A stretch of 64,000 bases of DNA. Origin: Candidatus Bathyarchaeota archaeon. Its GTDB lineage: Archaea > Thermoproteota > Bathyarchaeia > Bathyarchaeales > Bathycorpusculaceae. Positions 58,441 to 64,000 of this stretch are shown here, piece by piece; position 1 is the stretch's first letter, and every line of letters begins with the position of its first letter. Both the position numbers and the translations under genes were made by a program. The DNA lies in assembly GCA_963767735.1 (NCBI GenBank), contig CAVYES010000007.1, positions 1 through 64,000 on the forward strand, read 5' to 3'. The notes below the pieces were generated by a model. That model was not told the DNA's origin and ran no database searches. It saw only the letters and a program-made list of their open reading frames with translations.

Positions 58441-60130
58441 TTGCCTTTATCGTTAATTTTTCTGGAACCTTAAGGTAATGGTCAAACACCGGGTAATTGT
58501 CATATTCGATTGTCCAGTACTGTTTGAATTTGCGTTTCATTTCCTCATTGATTATGCAGGGTTCTTTTGTTTGGACATCAAGCCACATGGTTCTGCCAGG
58601 GGTATTGTTGTCTACTACTTGGCCGTCTTTAACAACGATTTTTCCATCTTTAATCGTGTAAGCGGCGTGCTTGAAGGCTTTGCGTGCAACTTTGAATTTT
58701 TGAGCGATATCAAGTGTTTCAGGGTTAATGTTGAATATTGCAACGTCTGCATCTGCACCTACGCCAAGTTGACCCTTATTAACGAGACCTAAAGCTTTTG
58801 CTTGCGCTGCACGAGTCATAATTGCTATCTCGTACATTGTCATTTCACGGTCAATGGTTGGGAGCAAACTCTTTTTCTGGGCTTTCTTGTTGCAGTGGTT
58901 AAGTGTGGCTTCACGGGCTTTCTTGCTGTATAACCAAGCCAGTACACGTGGGTAGGCAAAGAATGGCCCGGCGTTGGGGTGATCGGTTGTCATCATCATT
59001 TTCCACGGGTCTTTAATTAGCAGAGCTAACTCCAACCCAATGGACCATTGAAGCGCGTTCACCGGGCTGTTTTTCTTGTAGTGTATAGGTATGATACCGC
59101 CGCTGGTTTCAGTTTCGATGTCGCTGTTGACCCATTTGTTGTGTCCGCCAAGCTCGTAGAGTGAAAATTCGAAGGGTCCATCAGCGGTCATAGTTGTGGT
59201 TTCTGAGAATACGATTTGTCCCATGTCAAAGGTCATATGGTTGTGTGCGTTGATGTAGCTTGAGATTTCCTCTGACGCTGATTGGAAGTGTACCCAACTG
59301 TCACCTGCAAAGCTTGAGAATTGCAAGTGGGTAATGTGGCCAACGGGTTTGCCGTTGTATGGCACGCTTTCAAGCGCTCTCATGGTTTCAAGTGTGGTTG
59401 TGTAGTTGCCTGGTAATCCAAGATTGTTGGTGTGAAGATGTATAGAGTGAGGCAGGTTTAGCATTGCGTTAACTTTAGCTAAGCCGCATATTATTTCACG
59501 TGGAGTAATACAGAAGTTAGCTACTTGATCGTCGATGCTGTGGACGTTGTGCCCAAACCCCCAAGATTCTAAACCCCCTGGATTAACAATTTTTATGGCA
59601 TAGCCCTTGGTTATATCCAGCATCCAAGCGACGTGCTTAGCGCATTCTTCAATGTTGCCTTTGGATAGGTTTTCTAGTACAAACCACCAGTCGCCCAGAA
59701 GCGGATAAGTGGCTTTGTCAAGCAAAGGTATGTCATTTAATTCTTCATGAGTATGCTTAGCTTCCAACGGCGCCATTGACGGATTCATAACAGTTGTGTA
59801 ACCCATACGTGAATACCGGTAACCAGTAGTGAAAGTGGAAGGAATAGAATAGCCAGTGCCGCTACGAGTCATGACTGTTTTGCGTTCGACATCTTTAACG
59901 TGGTCATCTGGACGAATTATTCTGCCAGTGTTAACTTCTCCACCCGCGATGTGTGTATGAATATCAACTCCGCCCGGCATGACCGTTAAACCTGAAGCGT
60001 CAATAACCTGAGCTTTACTGCTGACTTTGCGGACAATTTTACCGTCTTTAATGGCTATATCCATTTTTTCCCCGTTAATCTTGTTCATAGGGTCAAAGAC
60101 GAAACCGTTTTTTATTAGTAATTCAGTCAT
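58433..60130 (-). CDS. fwdA: Formylmethanofuran dehydrogenase subunit A
   Basis: PGGVDIHTH, KIVNPGG, HLHTNNLGLPGN, TTDHPN and GADADVA motifs. Confidence 0.95.
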   Translation of the reverse strand: MTELLIKNGFVFDPMNKINGEKMDIAIKDGKIVRKVSSKAQVIDASGLTVMPGGVDIHTHIAGGEVNTGRIIRPDDHVKDVERKTVMTRSGTGYSIPSTFTTGYRYSRMGYTTVMNPSMAPLEAKHTHEELNDIPLLDKATYPLLGDWWFVLENLSKGNIEECAKHVAWMLDITKGYAIKIVNPGGLESWGFGHNVHSIDDQVANFCITPREIICGLAKVNAMLNLPHSIHLHTNNLGLPGNYTTTLETMRALESVPYNGKPVGHITHLQFSSFAGDSWVHFQSASEEISSYINAHNHMTFDMGQIVFSETTTMTADGPFEFSLYELGGHNKWVNSDIETETSGGIIPIHYKKNSPVNALQWSIGLELALLIKDPWKMMMTTDHPNAGPFFAYPRVLAWLYSKKAREATLNHCNKKAQKKSLLPTIDREMTMYEIAIMTRAAQAKALGLVNKGQLGVGADADVAIFNINPETLDIAQKFKVARKAFKHAAYTIKDGKIVVKDGQVVDNNTPGRTMWLDVQTKEPCIINEEMKRKFKQYWTIEYDNYPVFDHYLKVPEKLTIKASV

Positions 60131-61685
60131 TTAAGCTGCCTCTGCTTTCTTTGTTTTCTTTTTATGTTTAATTTCAATTCTAGGTGCCAGTTTGTTGCGT
60201 GCTTTAAGTTCCGCCTTAGTTTCGGTCTCTGGCTTTTGAGCTTTGATTGCTCGGACTTCTTCCAGTATTTTCGTTAATAGTTCTTCGTCGTTCAGTATGC
60301 CTTCCGGTGGCTCGACGACCTTGCGGAGCATTATTGGCACATGGTCCATGCGATAAGCTGTGCCCTCATATTCGATGCCGCACCACTGAGTTGGAAACAC
60401 CACGTCGCCGAGTCTTGAGATAGCGTTCATATCCGGGTTAATGGTGATCAGGGGGTGCTTCATCATATTCTGCATGGCTACCTTGGGAAAGTGCGCGCCT
60501 GGATCAGACGAAATAACCAGAGTTGCGTCGTTGTCGCCGCGTCTAAGCAAGTCGATGGTTGTGAATTCACCCGGGTTATATTGCGGGTACCCTTGCGAAA
60601 AGTCAATAGCGTAGGGGTAACCTGTTAGTCCAAGCGAAAACCACGTTTGCGCCTGTAACGTTGAAGTGCCCTCGCATTGGCGAGATGACAAATTTGGTTC
60701 TTCTGTTAAGATCCCGTGTTAGGGCGATTGCTATTTCGATGTTTCTGAATCTGCCGGCGCTCTGCGTTAAGCCAAGACCGAAGAAGATAACTCCGAAGTC
60801 GCAGTTCACCATAGCGTCAGTTACTTCTTTGAGGTATTCAACTGGGACACCGCCGACTTTGTCAACATCCAGTTCCTGGTCAGCTACTAAACATCTCATG
60901 GCATCAAGTATTTCATAATCCTTGTTTGGTTGAACCTGAATAAAGTAATCAGCAGCCTCGGCAGTCATGGTTTTTCTTACATCCACAACAATCAGTTTAC
61001 GCCCCGCCTTCTGCATCGTCCCTGGAGGCGCACCTACACTGCATGATTGCGGAGGAATCGTAGGAGTAGATTCACCAAGGATTCGCTTTGAGGCGGCTTG
61101 CACTTTTTTCTTGCTTTGGGTACCTTTTAATTTTTCCAGGAAACTTTTCCATTCGCTGCCCTCAAAACGTCCGTCAGTGAAACTGGTGTACCTCTCAAGG
61201 TGCCTTGGGTGTGAAGTCCACGGGTTGCATGCCCAGTAAATTATTAGGTCTGCGCGGTGCCTGATTTGCCCCAGAGTGCATGCGGGAATACCGATTTCTT
61301 GTGTCGCCATAACTGATGGCCCGTGGCAAACGCTGCAGCAATTATCGAGGGCTGAACCTAATTCTTCAGCTAACATAACACCGATTCGCTGTGCTTCGCT
61401 GGTTGAGCTGCTCCAGCCGAACAGCAGCGGATACTTTGCGTCCGTGAGAATTTGGGCTGCCTTGTGTACTGCTTCATCCATCGATACAGGTTCTAACTTG
61501 CCGTCTTTTCGCACCATGGGCTTTAGAATTCTCTCTTCGCTCTTGTAGCCGTGAACCATTTTGGCTTCACATTGGGCACAGCCATTCTTCATTTTAACAA
61601 TCTCGTTGTTTTCCACTGTTACTTCTATGTCATCGCATAGGCAGCCGCATATTGGACAAACGACTGATTTTATTATTTCTGGCAT
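60131..61685 (-). CDS. fwdB: Formylmethanofuran dehydrogenase subunit B (Mo/W-bisPGD), with a +1 frameshift near 60629
   Basis: CPICGCLCDD, VCHGPS and PMRGHFNVTG; continues in the shifted frame as TGYPYAIDFS..YNPGE..SDPGAHFP..GTAYRMD. Confidence 0.9.
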
Positions 61686-61692
61686 TACGATT

Positions 61693-62094
61693 TTACCTTC
61701 CATACTCTTCTTTCAAAAGTTCATCAAGCGTTAAGATGACTTGGTCTGGCGCAGGTTCAACTTCAACCTGAAAACCCTTAAACAGAGGCATGCCCATGCC
61801 GAAGGTTTCGTCTCCGCAGATGGCGTTTGCCCATAAGCCGCAGGGGATGAAAACTAAGCCGGGGTTGGAGCCGTAGGGGTTCTTGGTTGCTTTTACGATG
61901 ACTGAACCGTATTTTGAAGTGACCTTAACGTTTGCCCTGCTTTTTATGCCCAGTTTTTTCATATCAACTTCATCAATAACGCAGATTGAGGAGCTGTCAA
62001 AGTACTCTTTGGAGCCTTTCCCCATCTCTTTTCCAACTCCCTGATCGATTGTTCTACCAGTAATTAGAATTGCACGTAACTTTGGCTCTACCAT
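61693..62094 (-). CDS. fwdD: Formylmethanofuran dehydrogenase subunit D
   Basis: ITGRTIDQG, FIPCGLWAN and GMPLFKG motifs. Confidence 0.95.
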   Translation of the reverse strand: MVEPKLRAILITGRTIDQGVGKEMGKGSKEYFDSSSICVIDEVDMKKLGIKSRANVKVTSKYGSVIVKATKNPYGSNPGLVFIPCGLWANAICGDETFGMGMPLFKGFQVEVEPAPDQVILTLDELLKEEYGR

Positions 62095-62269
62095 GGTCCA
62101 TGACCTTACCCAATAGAGTTTATGCAGTTATATTTAAAATTAAGTTACAAAAAACATCAAAATTCACCATTAACTCAATACATCAAAGAGTTTGCGGATA
62201 ATTAAGGCTATTTTCAGCTTAATTTACTAAGCTAAAAAACTTGAAGAGTAGAATTATTCAAAAAGATCT

Positions 62270-62641
62270 TTATTTTAGTTTGGCGTGTTCAGCTTGGAAA
62301 GCTGCGTTATACGTTCTTTTGCCAGCTTGGTTAAGTGCGCAGGTAACTTGCCCCTTAAGGGTAACTCCTCGTAGGCGCCTCAGGTCTTTAGTCATGTCAG
62401 GCTCAGTGTCGTCGAACCAGCACATTACATAACGGTCAGCTGATCCTTCAGGCGACAGCAGATAGTCAGCGTCACCCATCAAAGTAAAGAAATCGACAAT
62501 GCTACCGGTGACTTTTGAGTCTCCAGAACGGGAAAGCGTTAGTTTCTTTGCTTTAACAACCACAAACGGGTCTATTTCAGGGTTAACATCGCGCTCCTTG
62601 AAAATGCACAAGACAGGTTTATTCCAAACAAGCTCCGACAA
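62270..62641 (-). CDS. Hypothetical protein
   Basis: GAGG SD before TTG; coherent 123-aa ORF (CWFDD..DMTKDLRRL.GV). Confidence 0.7.
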   Translation of the reverse strand: MSELVWNKPVLCIFKERDVNPEIDPFVVVKAKKLTLSRSGDSKVTGSIVDFFTLMGDADYLLSPEGSADRYVMCWFDDTEPDMTKDLRRLRGVTLKGQVTCALNQAGKRTYNAAFQAEHAKLK

Positions 62642-62820
62642 AACAGTTTCCTCAAAAGAAAAATAAGTTCAAAGAATTATATAATCATATTGCACAAACA
62701 GATTTCGGTGGTTTGTGTTCAGACAGCGCTGCCTGATTTTGCACAGTAACAGCACAAAGGACCCGAGGTAAGCCAACTAAAAACGTAGTTTAGAGATTTT
62801 TCGGAAAGGTTTTGCGAGTC

Positions 62821-63159
62821 TTATAATACGCCTAATAGTGCTGCTACTGCAACAGCTATTGAAGCTCCGACTACCAGAAACATGAGTCCTTTTGATTTAA
62901 AGAAACTGGTTTGTGCTGCTTCGCCTTCTTGGAGTTCATATTCTTTTATTTCTTTTGTTGTGGAGTTAATCTGGACTTTAGCTGTTAGTTTTTGAAACAT
63001 CATTTCAACAATGTATAGTTCTCCTTCAAGCGAGACTTTCATGGGCAACCAGTTTCCTTTGTAGCCTAATCTTTTCAGGAAGTCAGCTGTCAAATTTGTA
63101 GCGTTTTCGGCATCGAACCGTGAGACCTCTGCTGTTTCACTGGACATTAGTCTTCTCAA
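62821..63159 (-). CDS. Small protein with a C-terminal TM anchor
   Basis: Soluble domain followed by a terminal hydrophobic helix. Confidence 0.65.
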   Translation of the reverse strand: MRRLMSSETAEVSRFDAENATNLTADFLKRLGYKGNWLPMKVSLEGELYIVEMMFQKLTAKVQINSTTKEIKEYELQEGEAAQTSFFKSKGLMFLVVGASIAVAVAALLGVL

Positions 63160-63280
63160 AGAGAAAGTGGCGCTTTGGCATTTTAGGATTTATGAAGCTA
63201 AAAACCATATTTAAAATCATCAGATGCCCATAAGAAAAAAGCTGGCACTTCAACGTTTAACCAGAAGAGAAAAAGTGGGT

Positions 63281-63589
63281 TTAAGGCGACATTTGGCCTG
63301 GCAGTTGCGGTTGAGTTCCGTTAAATAATCCCGTTTGGTTTAAAAGGTTGTTTTCGAGATTTTTTAGCGGAGCAAGTTGCGGGATGTTGTTTGTGTTGAG
63401 GGTTTGCTCTACCGTATTTACTGCGTAAGTGACAACTACGCAGGTGAGCACCACTGCTGCCGTTATCAAAAGCAAAGTAGCTACTGCTGTCTCCAAAGCT
63501 TTCTTCTCCTTCCTCAAACGTACTTTGCCAAAAAAGCATTTAACAGCTGTTCTTTTTCCTGAATTATTCCCAATACAAGAATATATCAA
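63281..63589 (-). CDS. Short orphan pilin-like protein (class III signal peptide); start uncertain
   Basis: RKEKKA/LETAVATLLLITAAVVLTCVVVTYA. Confidence 0.65.
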   Translation of the reverse strand: MIYSCIGNNSGKRTAVKCFFGKVRLRKEKKALETAVATLLLITAAVVLTCVVVTYAVNTVEQTLNTNNIPQLAPLKNLENNLLNQTGLFNGTQPQLPGQMSP

Positions 63590-63702
63590 AAGCGTAATGA
63601 CGTGCCTTCGACTAGCCAGTTAAACTTTTATTGCTCATATTCAAGCAATTTCAGAAACTTTTTAATTTAATCTCTCTTTTTTAGGTGCATTTTCATCTGC
63701 GG

Positions 63703-64000
63703 TTAAGTGGGCGCCGCAGGACTTGCAGTAGTTGGCGGTGCGGTTTCAGGTTTTTCTGGCGGCGGTTGAATTTGGGGTGCACTTGATAATATCTGTATTT
63801 TTTCTGCCATCGGGTGGAGAAGGTCAGGCGGTGGATATGGCGTGTTTAGGTTGGATGATAGAATGTATATAGCGTTGAAAACATGCTGGTAGATGGTGAA
63901 GAGGATTTGGGGAATTTTGGTTTTAGGGTTAACCTCTAGTTTTTTCTTGATGTCATCCGCTTTGCCTACCAGAGTTACCGTGCCTGTTGTGTTGTATTTT
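63703..64000 (-). CDS. 3' end of a hypothetical protein entering from the right edge
   Basis: Hand translation: KYNTTGTVTLVG...FNAIYILSSNLNTPYPPPDLLHP...TASPAAPT*. Confidence 0.55.
   Translation of the reverse strand, partial: KYNTTGTVTLVGKADDIKKKLEVNPKTKIPQILFTIYQHVFNAIYILSSNLNTPYPPPDLLHPMAEKIQILSSAPQIQPPPEKPETAPPTTASPAAPT

Noticed and set aside
61326-61328. Sec-containing FwdB (FwuB type)
   Set aside because: The ligand codon in VCHGPS is TGC (Cys).
135-63623. Numerous short antisense or overlapping ORFs in the track (e.g. 135-557, 2991-3512, 46994-47629)
   Set aside because: They are shadows of well-supported genes on the other strand or frame.
63662-63745. Zinc-ribbon-like NYCKSCGAHL in an alternative minus-strand frame
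   Set aside because: Only one CxxC, no start codon, and it overlaps the Pro/Ala tail of the edge ORF; chance or an unresolvable frameshift.

Overview
This is a 64-kb archaeal chromosomal window. Gene content and TatA/Nuo/Fwd types suggest Bathyarchaeia or a related Thermoproteota lineage (inference, no database search run). Left to right it holds: a complex I-like nuoABCDHIJ' operon, an MFS transporter and ubiE/menG, a cluster of membrane-anchored surface proteins with a membrane-bound wHTH regulator and tatA, a six-gene block (GT4, HExxH protein, unknown protein, GNAT, G1 peptidase, unknown protein), a CbbQ/NorQ-type AAA+/VWA pair with TrmB, a surface-glycosylation island, an archaeal type IV pilus locus with two tandem major pilins, a selenium-type island (LysR, DsrE, TusA, double-cubane protein, Cys-type SelD), modE/modABC, Mo/W-cofactor genes (two mobB, mobA, moeA, fdhD) and fwdDBAC. 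The most unusual signal is non-coding: four copies of a ~61-bp conserved core ending in TTGCAGGTTG. Each copy is followed immediately and in register by its own, different array of 10-bp repeats, and the copies sit as two outward-facing pairs in two divergent intergenic regions (12.1-12.4 kb and 18.08-18.51 kb). Five single-base +1 frameshifts (dsrE, DCCP twice, selD, fwdB) may be assembly errors. No rRNA, tRNA, CRISPR array, integrase or transposase was recognised.
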